In this document: piece by piece, positions 1 through 8,778 of the stretch
How the letters are laid out: each line of letters starts with the position of its first letter
How positions within the stretch are numbered: the stretch's first letter is position 1
From: Labilithrix sp.
GTDB lineage: Bacteria; Myxococcota_A; Polyangia; Polyangiales; Polyangiaceae
Length of the DNA stretch: 33,783 nucleotides
Direction of reading: 5' to 3'
NCBI GenBank assembly: GCA_044227045.1
Contig: JBGAFW010000037.1
Location: forward strand, 65,129-98,911
The notes under the pieces: generated by a model
What the model was told of the DNA's origin: nothing
What the model saw: only the letters and a program-made list of their open reading frames with translations
Databases searched by the model: none
Position numbers and translations under genes: made by a program

Positions 1-2
1 GT

Positions 3-551
3 GCGGACGCCGATGTTCGTGACTTCGTCTTCGACGACATCAAGTTTGCGTCCGATCCGAAGTGCCCGCAGCTAGCGAACATCCTGAACGGCGACTTCGA
101 GACCACCGGCTTCACGCAGCCCTGGGTGCTCCAAGCGACCGAGACGTATGGCCAGCCTCCGGTCATCCTCTCGAATCCGACGATCGCGCACACGGGTAAC
201 GGAGCGTTGCAGCTGCAGGCGACAGCGTACTGCGGGGCGTCGTACGCGACGCAGACGATCACGATTCCGCCTCCGGTGGGGAACGCCGGTCCTGCGCTGA
301 AGTTTTGGTACAAGCTCCCGACGCAGGCTCAGGGCACCTTCTACGCTGCCGGGGTCACGCTCCCCGCCAGCGCGACGTACGTTCAGAAGACGCAGTGCCT
401 CGACCCGAACTATGTCGGTCGCTCGCAGCCGATCTCCATTCAAGCAAACAGCCCATACAACGCCTCGATGTGCGGGCAGTACTTCGGCAGTGAAGTGCTC
501 TACGTCGACGACGTCGAAGTGACGACCGACGCCACCTGCCCGGCCAAGTAG
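3..551 (+). CDS. 3' end of a gene that starts upstream of the window. The C-terminal region is a secreted beta-sandwich, possibly a CBM4/9-like carbohydrate-binding domain.
   Basis: Frame 3 is open from base 3 to the TAG at 549-551, and third-codon positions are GC-rich. The sequence NGDFETTGFTQPW resembles the start of CBM_4_9 domains, and four Cys follow. Confidence 0.5.
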   Translation, partial: ADADVRDFVFDDIKFASDPKCPQLANILNGDFETTGFTQPWVLQATETYGQPPVILSNPTIAHTGNGALQLQATAYCGASYATQTITIPPPVGNAGPALKFWYKLPTQAQGTFYAAGVTLPASATYVQKTQCLDPNYVGRSQPISIQANSPYNASMCGQYFGSEVLYVDDVEVTTDATCPAK

Positions 552-699
552 GCTCGGGAGCTGAGTCTCGAACGGAGGCTCGAACAGCTGCCGTCGGCCC
601 GATCACGTCCTGCCAGATCATATAAAAACAGTGTCGTTTTGATGTAGCATTCCAGCCGGCTTGCACACATTGTGGTCTCGCATTTGCGAGGGGAAAACC

Positions 700-2382
700 A
701 TGCTTAAAACCGGCCTCGGACTTTCCGCGCGATTGGGTCACTCTCCTCTTCTTTGTCTGGTCCTCGCAGGCACCACCCTGCTGGCAGTTGCCTGCGGTGC
801 CGACGACGCGTCCTCGAAGCATCGTCTTCGGAATGGACAAGGAGACGGCGATGGAAGCGGCGCCGGTGGCAATGGCGGTGGCGCGAACAACGACGACAGC
901 AACAACCCCGAGACTCCGACGAACCAAGGGCCCGAGCACAACGCGGCAGGTTTCACCGCGCTCGCTCCGCTCCTTCGCGCGAGCTGCAGCGAATGCCATC
1001 ACGCGGGGACCTGGCTCGATCTCACGAGGGGTGCAGACGTAGGCACAGCGGACAAGATGATTCACTCGATCGAGCAGGGGACGATGCCGCCCGCTCCGCG
1101 CACACCGCTCGCGGCATCGGCGCTCGCGAAGATGAAGACATGGCGCGCCGGTGGGGTGCCCGAGGCCATCGTCCCGAGCGACCTTCCCGGAACGAGCCAG
1201 ACACCGTCGAGCTCGGCGATCACCCAGGTGCTCTCGGGGGCCACGCTCACCGCGTACAAAGCAGCGCTGCCAAACGTCGCGTGGCCCCGCCTGAGCGAGA
1301 TCTTGAAGAGCCCCTCGACGTTGTTCTGGGACAAGGCGGCCATTCCGCCCGCTTACCAAGACACCGTCGGGGACGGCGCAGGGCTTCCTCTCGGCGCGCG
1401 CTTCAACAACGCGGGCAAAGGCTTGATCGTCCCCGAGGGCAAGAAGCTGTTCTCCGATGACGGCAAGACGTGGAGCTTTCCGTTCGGCCATACCGCGGGC
1501 GCCGATGACTCCGCAAACGCCGTGATCGTCGACTTCATGAGCCTGCCTGTCTCCGCGGATGGCGCGATGATGCCCATCACCTACAAGATCGAGACAGGAT
1601 CGACCGGCGGACTGCCGATCAAGCGATGGAATTGGAGCTTTCCGAAGGGCACGATCGTCGGAGAGATCATCATGGTGCGCGACGGAGCATCGCTCCTGAC
1701 GACGGAGATCCGTGTTCGCGAGCGATTCAGCGACACGTGGGCGACGAACTCGTTTCGACCGTTCCCGACGGCGAAGATCATGTCGGCAGCGATCAAGCAA
1801 CGACGCCCGAGCTGGCAGTCGTCTTCCGAGCTGTCGTCGCTCGTGGCGGCGCTCGAGAACACAGCGTCGCTCCAGAGCAAACGCGTTGGGTCGCCTGCGT
1901 TCTCGGAGCTCGTCTCACTCGATGGCTTCATCGATGCGCCCTTGCCGAGCGCGAACGACGACGACCTCGTTCGGGATCTCTTGAAGAGCACGGCGTTCGT
2001 GGGCGCCTACGGCACGGCGTGGAAGCAAAACGGCACGCAGCGTTCGTTCGGGATCACGGGCCCTGCCTCCGGCTCTCTCTCCGTCGTCCCGAGCTCGTTC
2101 GAGGCCGGTCTCCTCGAGGTGCGCGAGACGACCTGCGAGAAGTGCCACAACCAAGGCGGCTACTTCATCGGCGACTTGGTCGACCAAGCCGTGCTCTACG
2201 GCGACATCTGGGGTGTTGACCGCATCTTCTCCTTTCACCCGTTCGACCCGGCTCGCATCGATGCTTCGGGTAACGAGAACCGATCGGTCCGATCGGAGCT
2301 CGCGTCGATCGTCGTCCCCTACGACGCGTCGAAGCATCCAAGCGCGACCTACACGTTCTATCGACCCGCGGTCGTCCCGTAG
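700..2382 (+). CDS. Lipoprotein c-type cytochrome with a Planctomycete-cytochrome-C (PSCyt1)-like domain and a second CXXCH motif
   Basis: ATG at 700 is preceded by GAGGGGAAAA. The signal peptide has the lipobox LLAVAC. The stretch FTALAPLLRASCSECHHAG...MPP...MKTWRAGGVP matches the PSCyt1 pattern (CxxCH...MPP...WI.GA). A second CXXCH (CEKCH) lies near the C-terminus. The 661 ATG would add 13 aa with no RBS. Confidence 0.65.
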   Translation: MLKTGLGLSARLGHSPLLCLVLAGTTLLAVACGADDASSKHRLRNGQGDGDGSGAGGNGGGANNDDSNNPETPTNQGPEHNAAGFTALAPLLRASCSECHHAGTWLDLTRGADVGTADKMIHSIEQGTMPPAPRTPLAASALAKMKTWRAGGVPEAIVPSDLPGTSQTPSSSAITQVLSGATLTAYKAALPNVAWPRLSEILKSPSTLFWDKAAIPPAYQDTVGDGAGLPLGARFNNAGKGLIVPEGKKLFSDDGKTWSFPFGHTAGADDSANAVIVDFMSLPVSADGAMMPITYKIETGSTGGLPIKRWNWSFPKGTIVGEIIMVRDGASLLTTEIRVRERFSDTWATNSFRPFPTAKIMSAAIKQRRPSWQSSSELSSLVAALENTASLQSKRVGSPAFSELVSLDGFIDAPLPSANDDDLVRDLLKSTAFVGAYGTAWKQNGTQRSFGITGPASGSLSVVPSSFEAGLLEVRETTCEKCHNQGGYFIGDLVDQAVLYGDIWGVDRIFSFHPFDPARIDASGNENRSVRSELASIVVPYDASKHPSATYTFYRPAVVP

Positions 2383-2958
2383 CGCTTCACGCGCGTCAGA
2401 AAAACCTGCACGTCTTGCATCATCCAACGTAATTCGTGCGCTCGGGCATGAAGGCGCAGCTGCGAGCTCGTCCGCGCACGACGTCTCATCACGTCGAACG
2501 TTTGAGCTCCAACCATCAAGCTCACCGGCACCAACGTCGCACCCGCACGCCACTGTGTGTGTCCAGCCGCGGAGATGCTTGGCCTAGCGTCCGCGTGACG
2601 TTCGTCCGCGCACGCGCGGACACGCCTCACACGTAAGAGCCGGATAGCCCAACATTTCCAATCGCCTCTTGAGAGAAACTCCAAGATCGATCACGGCGTC
2701 GTCACCACGCGAAGACGTCGAAGCGCTCGTAACGAACGGGTGCGTTCGACCAAGAAACGACGTGCATCGTCGTTTCGACCGTCGATCGAGCCCGAACGGA
2801 GACGCCGCATTCCGCCACATCGATGCACGCCGGAACGTCTCGTTTCATGGGCGTCTTCCCATGAGCGGCGGCTCCGTTTGCGTTGTTGACCGCCAGAACG
2901 GTGACGTGTCTGATTGGTATGCGGCCTGCTCTACGTCTTCAGTGAAGAAGGAGTGAGG

Positions 2959-3318
2959 ATGTTTTTCGGAACGCGTGTTGTGGGTCTCGTTGCAGTTGTC
3001 CTGAGTGCGACTGCCTGTTTCGCACCCACCACGCCCTCGTCTGACGGCGAGGAGAGCCGACAGGGTGTCGCCGAGCCGACATCTCAATCGCAAGCGTTCT
3101 CGTACTGGGGAGATGAGTCGCCCACGCCGCTCGACCATCCGATCCCGTCCTTCAAGATCCCGACAGGCGTGGCGCCTCCTGCGCCGCCGGATCTCGATCT
3201 GTTCAACGAGCCGTACGACAAGCTGCTGCTCTCGAAGGGCTGCTACTTGAAGACGGTCTCCCTCTACGACCCGTCCCGCGGCAAGAAGATCGAGATCCTC
3301 GTCACCGTCTGCGAGTGA
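2959..3318 (+). CDS. Small lipoprotein (119 aa), hypothetical
   Basis: A strong SD (GAAGGAGTGAGG) precedes ATG 2959. The signal is MFFGTRVVGLVAVVLSATAC with lipobox LSATAC. The ORF track's start at 2914 lacks an RBS. Confidence 0.5.
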   Translation: MFFGTRVVGLVAVVLSATACFAPTTPSSDGEESRQGVAEPTSQSQAFSYWGDESPTPLDHPIPSFKIPTGVAPPAPPDLDLFNEPYDKLLLSKGCYLKTVSLYDPSRGKKIEILVTVCE

Positions 3319-3324
3319 TCGCGC

Positions 3325-3801
3325 TCAGGGCGCGCCGTTGCTCGCCACCGTCTCGGCGGGCGTCAAGACGTTGTCGGTTTCGAACGTGATCGAGACCGCC
3401 TTGCAGATGACGCTGATCTCGATCGCGTCGCCGCCGTCGATCGTCCCGGTCGTACGATCGAGCGAACAAGCCTGCACCGGCGCGATGGGCTCCTGCTCGA
3501 TCGTCACCGTGTAGCGCGCCTTGTCTTGCATCGGCGACGCGAAGACGAACGAGCCGTCGTTCTTGATCTTCACGACCTCGCCACGTCCATCGCGAAGCGT
3601 CAGCCCGATTCCACGGAGGCCCGTGACCTGACCACCGACCATGTAAATCGCGTTGCCGCCCGACGGCGCCGGCGCGGAGAGCGCGGTCTTCGCGGGCGTC
3701 GTCGATGCGTTCGAGCACCCTCCGAGGCCAAAGGAAGCCGCTGCCACGAACGCCGCCACGATCATCGAACCGATTTGCATGACGAGAGCATTCGCACGCA
3801 T
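3325..3801 (-). CDS. Lipoprotein, hypothetical (158 aa)
   Basis: ORF on the minus strand. The N-terminus carries a signal peptide ending in the lipobox LGGC. Codon third positions are GC-rich. Confidence 0.5.
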   Translation of the reverse strand: MRANALVMQIGSMIVAAFVAAASFGLGGCSNASTTPAKTALSAPAPSGGNAIYMVGGQVTGLRGIGLTLRDGRGEVVKIKNDGSFVFASPMQDKARYTVTIEQEPIAPVQACSLDRTTGTIDGGDAIEISVICKAVSITFETDNVLTPAETVASNGAP

Positions 3802-3877
3802 CGCTTGGCGATGAAGTGGGTGTGCTCCTATAGGCGCGATAGCCCGCCTTTATGACGCCGTTCTGCGCGGAAAACCG

Positions 3878-5116
3878 CTATCGAACGTTCGACTTGCGCG
3901 GAAGAATCCCACGGCCCGGAAGCGGCAGGCGCATCGTCGAGGCGGCGTCTTCTTGACCGGCTGCCCACTCGTGGACGACGCGGGAGAACGGCGACGTCTC
4001 TTCACCTTCGACGCCAGCCTCGCTGCGCGCTTGAATCGCCACGACGTCACGTCGCGTCGGCGGAGGAACCGGCACCGGCGTGGTGGAAGGTGAGGTGGAC
4101 GCGGCCGGCGCGACGCGAATCGCGAAGCCCGACTGGCGAACGCTCGCAGGGGGCGCGAGCGAAGGCGGGGGCGGCGGCGCATACGACTTCGTCGCGTTCT
4201 TCGTGACGATCTCATCGCGATCGTCGGTGAGGCTCGTCATCGTCGTCGCCGGCGGCATGGTCGTCATGCGCGCGAACATGTTCGTGATGTCGTCGTCGTC
4301 GAAGAGGTTCGCCAGCGCGTCGGGATCGTTGTCGAGATCGACGACGCCGTCACGCGCTGCCGGGTAGATCTCGTGCGCCGGAGCGGGAAGAGGGTCGATG
4401 ACCGCGGCGGGCTTTGGCGCGACGAGTGATGAGAAGATGTCGTTGTCGTAGTCCGTCGCGCCTGCCTCCACACGCGCCTCCTCCGCGTGCTCATTTTCAC
4501 GCGCCGGGAGCTCGGCGGTCTTGGGGAGATCCTCGTCGAGGACCAGCTCGCGCTGAACGAGCGCCGCGTCGAGCTTGGCCGCGGCATTGCGATCGAGCGT
4601 GAGATCGTCCGCGTCGGCTTCGCTCGCGTCTTCCTCGATGTCGCTTGCGTCGTTCGCGTCGTCCTTCGCGTCGGCTTCGTTCGTGAACGACACGCGCGCC
4701 GTCTCAGCGGTCTCGGGCTTCGGCCCTTCGGCGGCTGGCTCGGACGCCGGCGCAGACGACGTAGCGTTGCGCGAGAAGTCGCGTTCGGTGAGCGCGGCAG
4801 GCTGCTCGTCGATCACCTCGACGCGCGTCTTGGAGTCCATCGTGTCGAAGCGGAGGAGCGGACCGACGCGAACGAGCGCGAATCGGTCCTCGATCATCAG
4901 TCCGAAGAGGAGCTGCGAGCCCACGCGCGGCTCGTGCACGAGCCAGCCCTCGACCTCGGGATCGAGCGATGCCACGAAGCGTGCGCCGATGCATCGCTTC
5001 GACGTCGCGATCAGCTGCTCCGTCGCGTTCGCGCGAGGGACGATCCAACGGCAGACGCCGTCCTCGTCGAGGAGCAATGCACAGCTCTCGGTATGGGCGA
5101 CGTAGGCGAGGTCCAT
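3878..5116 (-). CDS. Hypothetical protein with a structured N-terminal domain of about 110 aa followed by a long acidic, Pro-rich disordered tail
   Basis: 412-aa ORF with GC3 bias. No recognisable catalytic motif. The low-complexity region is rich in D/E/A/P. Confidence 0.45.
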   Translation of the reverse strand: MDLAYVAHTESCALLLDEDGVCRWIVPRANATEQLIATSKRCIGARFVASLDPEVEGWLVHEPRVGSQLLFGLMIEDRFALVRVGPLLRFDTMDSKTRVEVIDEQPAALTERDFSRNATSSAPASEPAAEGPKPETAETARVSFTNEADAKDDANDASDIEEDASEADADDLTLDRNAAAKLDAALVQRELVLDEDLPKTAELPARENEHAEEARVEAGATDYDNDIFSSLVAPKPAAVIDPLPAPAHEIYPAARDGVVDLDNDPDALANLFDDDDITNMFARMTTMPPATTMTSLTDDRDEIVTKNATKSYAPPPPPSLAPPASVRQSGFAIRVAPAASTSPSTTPVPVPPPTRRDVVAIQARSEAGVEGEETSPFSRVVHEWAAGQEDAASTMRLPLPGRGILPRKSNVR

Positions 5117-5242
5117 TCGCGGCGCGGCATTCGTATGACCGCAAGCGGTGACCTCGGCAAGGAAAAGTAAGATTCCGACAGCAATTGAGATGGCCGAAGG
5201 CGTGTCCGAAGAAAATTCTACGGATCGGGCCTGCCCGAACGC

Positions 5243-5995
5243 TCAGGTCTCGGTCTTCGGCTTTGGTCGCTTCGGGACGGGTGGCGGGCCGCGTTTCTCG
5301 CTTGGTCCGGGCATCAAGTTGCTGAAATCCAACGTCTTCGCGGCGCGCGGAATCTCGAAGCTGAAGCCAAATTCGTCCTTCTTCTTCGGCGGTTCGCGCG
5401 CCGGCGCTGGCGCGGGTGGACGCGCCGATCCCTCGCGGGGCTTTGGCTTGGGAGGCGTAGGCGCGAGCTCCTTCTTCACCTCGGGAGGAAGGGACTTGCG
5501 AAGGCAGTCTTCCGCGAGCTTGAAGCTCGGTGGCTTCACCGTCTGCCGAGCCTTGCCCTTCGTCAAGATGATGACCTTCGTGTCGCTCTTCGGCGACGCG
5601 ACCACGAGCGGCTCGATCACACGCGGCGCTGTCTTGATGCTTCGCTCGATCTCCGAGAGCGGAACGGGGATCGAGTAACGGGGAAAGACGCGCTCGCGGA
5701 CGTTGCCACCGAGATCCTCGAGGACGGAGATCGCGGTCGTGTCATTCGGCGCGGCGCTGATCTCGACACGCAGCGACCCCTCGATCCAGTCACACGACGG
5801 TCGCGCCATGCGCGCGAGCACGATCAAGATCTTCGATGCGCCTTCGTTGGGCCGCGCCACGCTGACCATCTTGTCGAGCAGCTCCGCCATCGCGCTGCGC
5901 GATTTGATCGCCTCTTTGAGATGCGATTCCGTCACGTCCCAGCATCGCTCGATCGGACGAGTCGATGCCGCATTCGGGGCCGTCGGGTCCGCCAT
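5243..5995 (-). CDS. Hypothetical protein with a globular N-terminal domain of about 150 aa followed by a Pro/Lys-rich basic tail
   Basis: 250-aa ORF on the minus strand. The tail reads PPKPKPREGSARPPAPAPAREPPKKK...PPPVPKRPKPK. No known motif recognised. Confidence 0.45.
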   Translation of the reverse strand: MADPTAPNAASTRPIERCWDVTESHLKEAIKSRSAMAELLDKMVSVARPNEGASKILIVLARMARPSCDWIEGSLRVEISAAPNDTTAISVLEDLGGNVRERVFPRYSIPVPLSEIERSIKTAPRVIEPLVVASPKSDTKVIILTKGKARQTVKPPSFKLAEDCLRKSLPPEVKKELAPTPPKPKPREGSARPPAPAPAREPPKKKDEFGFSFEIPRAAKTLDFSNLMPGPSEKRGPPPVPKRPKPKTET

Positions 5996-6016
5996 CCCTT
6001 CGAGTATAGCGATCGC

Positions 6017-7090
6017 TCAAAACCCGTTTGCCTTTTTCGCAACTGCGAAAAGGTCCCCCACTTCGTAGAAGTCGACGCCGATGAAGGTGGGCTGTTGCGT
6101 CGCCTCGAGCGTGCATTGGTTGAACCGTGGACCGAGCACCGCATCCACGTTCACTTCGCGGGCGTATTCGATCTTCGAGGTCGGTGCGCCGAGCCAGTGA
6201 TTGAGGAGAAAGAGCGGGTCGCCTTTCTTTCCTCGATTGAGCCTGCAGGAGAAATCCGCCTGGGTCGCGAACGTGTATGGCGTGTCCCAGATGTTTCCGA
6301 TGAATGCAGAATGCATGTAAGTAGGAGACGCGGGATTGGAGCCAACGCCGCTCTGCTCGAGGAAGATGACGATGCGCTTGTCACTGTCGATGAGCTCGCG
6401 CAGCGTCGGCCACGCGGTCCCTGTCTTGTGCGCGTAGGCGCGCTCGGCGATGCCCGCCTCGCGCAAGACGCCGTCGAGATCCGTGTCGGTCACATAGCTC
6501 TCGAAGATGATCGTCAGCACCTCGGCGGGGTGCTGGTCGAGGAAATCGGTGATGACGCAGAGCTGATCGAGGAGACGCGCTCGCCCGAGCAAACACGAGG
6601 CGTGACAGAGCTCCACTTGATCCATCAAGGTCGCGGTGGCGACGTGCTCGTCGGCGTTGTTCTTCGACTCGGGATCGAAGTAGTGCACGTCGAGCATCAG
6701 GCCGCGAATGCCGTCCTCGAGCTGCTTTGCGATGCCATGGGTCTGGTTTGGAACCGCCCAGCCATCGTCGGCGTTCGACATCGCGTTGTGCGTCATCGGC
6801 ACGACCACGCGATCGTACGAGCGCCCGCACAGCTCCGGCATCCCGTTGCACGCGGATGTCCCTGCGGGGCTGATCTTCGGCTTTCGTGCAGCGCACGTCT
6901 GAGGCAGCGTGCTCGTCGGCGCGGGCGCGGCGGTTTCGGCGCCGGCATCGGCCGCCGTCACCGGCGCGTCCGACGTCGAGCAGCCTGACGCGAAGAAGAA
7001 TGCAGGCGTCGCGATCGCGGAGGCGGACAGAGCGATGATGCCGGCGCGGATAGCAGCGTGTCGTCCTGCCATGGGCTCAGCGTAGCGCAT
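6017..7090 (-). CDS. Lipoprotein with a PLC-like phosphodiesterase (PI-PLC X-domain-like) fold
   Basis: The signal has the lipobox FASGC. The motif MTHNAMS...HG...GIRGLMLDVHY resembles the PI-PLC X-box (xTHNSY ... R.lelD). The start could instead be M7 at 7072. Confidence 0.5.
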   Translation of the reverse strand: MRYAEPMAGRHAAIRAGIIALSASAIATPAFFFASGCSTSDAPVTAADAGAETAAPAPTSTLPQTCAARKPKISPAGTSACNGMPELCGRSYDRVVVPMTHNAMSNADDGWAVPNQTHGIAKQLEDGIRGLMLDVHYFDPESKNNADEHVATATLMDQVELCHASCLLGRARLLDQLCVITDFLDQHPAEVLTIIFESYVTDTDLDGVLREAGIAERAYAHKTGTAWPTLRELIDSDKRIVIFLEQSGVGSNPASPTYMHSAFIGNIWDTPYTFATQADFSCRLNRGKKGDPLFLLNHWLGAPTSKIEYAREVNVDAVLGPRFNQCTLEATQQPTFIGVDFYEVGDLFAVAKKANGF

Positions 7091-7105
7091 GGCTCGCGGC
7101 CGTGT

Positions 7106-7786
7106 TTAGCGCCGGCGAGCGGTGAGCTTCACGACCGAGTGCCATGTCTTCTTCGCGAGCTCGGCGGCATGCGCCGGCGCACGCCCCCGCTTCGTCGCGA
7201 CGAGGAAGCTCGCCGACCCCACGAAGCCAAGGAGGATCATGATGAGAAGAAGACGGACACACCGCCACGCGATCGACGGCGCGCGCGTACGCTGCGTCGT
7301 CGACGCCACCGAGCGCGCGTGGACGACCGAAGATTGCATCGAGACGGCCGGAGACGATCCGGAGTCCCACGAACGAACCCAATCCGGCGGCGGCGGGCGA
7401 TCCGAGGTCGCGATCAACGGTACCGACGCGCGCATCGCACGCATCGACATGGTCGGCGGCGTCGATGGGCCGACCTCGTCGTCGACATCGACAGGGATGC
7501 GATCGCTCCAGGAGACCGGATCGCGAAGCGTGGAGGGGGGTGCCTCGGTGAGCTCGAGGTCGACGAGCGGCGGTGAGGGGTGCACCGGCGTGCTCACGCT
7601 CAGGGCCTTGAGCGACTTGAAGCTCGGACGCACGACGACCGTCGGGGCGTCCTCTTCATCCTCATCCACGACCGCGCGCTCGACGGGCCATTTGCACCCG
7701 AGCCGTCCGACCGATTCACGGACGGATGCCGAGTACAGCCCTTCGATCTGGCTGCTGCGGATGGCCGGGCGCGAGCTTCGGCTCAT
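7106..7786 (-). CDS. Hypothetical tail-anchored membrane protein
   Basis: 226-aa ORF whose minus-strand frame has GC-rich third codon positions. One TM helix (LLLIMILLGFVGSASFLVA) lies near the C-terminus. It sits 15 bp upstream of the next gene on the minus strand, so the two are probably cotranscribed. The overlapping plus-strand ORF 7122-7976 is Ser/Arg/Thr-rich and looks spurious. Confidence 0.4.
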   Translation of the reverse strand: MSRSSRPAIRSSQIEGLYSASVRESVGRLGCKWPVERAVVDEDEEDAPTVVVRPSFKSLKALSVSTPVHPSPPLVDLELTEAPPSTLRDPVSWSDRIPVDVDDEVGPSTPPTMSMRAMRASVPLIATSDRPPPPDWVRSWDSGSSPAVSMQSSVVHARSVASTTQRTRAPSIAWRCVRLLLIMILLGFVGSASFLVATKRGRAPAHAAELAKKTWHSVVKLTARRR

Positions 7787-7924
7787 CTTCTATCTCTCTC
7801 TCTCCGCTTGGCGTGACAGCAGTCTCCGTGCCTCTCGGATGTGCACGAATGCATTGAGCTTGGCTGCTGCTTGTAACCCTCCGATTGGGTTAACCAGGGA
7901 CCACTTTTTCGCTGGCTCAGCCGT

Positions 7925-8629
7925 TCAGAACGTCGTGATGCCCGGCGAGCAGAAGTCCTCGGTCGCGTGCGCGTAGTGGTCACGAATGAACGTGGAGAGC
8001 GACGGCGCGTCGACGCATTGCGCTTTGTACGTGAACCCCCAGGCCGTCGCGGCGACGGGCACGTCGAGGTCGGGCCTCGGCACGAGGATCACGCGAACAC
8101 GAATCGACGGATCGCAGCCGGGATCGGTCGCGACTTGATCACGCACCGCTCGCAGCGCGGTGGCGACCTCGGGACAGAGGTCCTTCATCGCGCAGCGGTA
8201 GTAGAGGACGACCGCGCCGTGCTCCATGCTGTGGACGAGGTATCCGTCGAGCACCGGATGATCGTATTCCTGGAAGTTTGCCCATCGCGGATAGTGCGGG
8301 CCGCTCGACGGCGGATTCGTCGCGTACGTGGGGAAGGTGTCCTCGGGGACATGCGTCCCTGGGACGACGATATCAGCGGTGGTCGACACAGCGCACGAGG
8401 CGTCGATGGGCTCCGGCGTCGGCACGGTCGTTGGCGTGGGCTTGGGTCCGAGAGAAGGGGTCGCCACCCGTCGATCGACACTGGCGTCCGCGTCGTTTCG
8501 TGACGATGTTGTTTCGTCGTTGTCGTCCCCACAACCCATCGTGAGCCCGGAGACGAGGAGCAGAGAGAGCAGCCCGGAAAGGAAGAGCAGAGAGACCAGC
8601 GCTGAGCCCCTGAGATCTCGCTTCGCCAT
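7925..8629 (-). CDS. DUF3105-family lipoprotein
   Basis: The signal has the lipobox LTMGC. The motifs SGPHYP and HSMEHGAVVLYY are typical of DUF3105. Confidence 0.55.
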   Translation of the reverse strand: MAKRDLRGSALVSLLFLSGLLSLLLVSGLTMGCGDDNDETTSSRNDADASVDRRVATPSLGPKPTPTTVPTPEPIDASCAVSTTADIVVPGTHVPEDTFPTYATNPPSSGPHYPRWANFQEYDHPVLDGYLVHSMEHGAVVLYYRCAMKDLCPEVATALRAVRDQVATDPGCDPSIRVRVILVPRPDLDVPVAATAWGFTYKAQCVDAPSLSTFIRDHYAHATEDFCSPGITTF

Positions 8630-8778
8630 CCGATGCTCGCCATCCTACCAGGAAAGCCGTGCTCGCATGACGTAGTCGTCTATCCAAACCTCCCCTCCGC
8701 CGTGTCTTTACGGCGCCTTCACCTTGGTTTTAGGCTCTCGCTTCTTTTCTCGCTCGCCCTCATCCTCGAGGACATTTC

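Noticed and set aside
355-1800. 481-aa minus-strand ORF
   Set aside because: It is antisense to two well-supported plus-strand genes. Its Arg-rich composition is typical of wrong-frame translation of high-GC DNA.
2604-2621. Palindrome as a rho-independent terminator of the cytochrome gene
   Set aside because: The stem would be pure GC, the loop is only 2 nt, and no T-tract follows. It is more plausibly a protein-binding site or has no function.
5921-6988. 355-aa plus-strand ORF
   Set aside because: It is antisense to the PLC-like lipoprotein gene, which has a signal peptide and recognisable motifs.
7122-7976. 284-aa plus-strand ORF
   Set aside because: It is Ser/Thr/Arg-rich. The opposite-strand frame (7106-7786) has strong GC3 bias and a TM helix.
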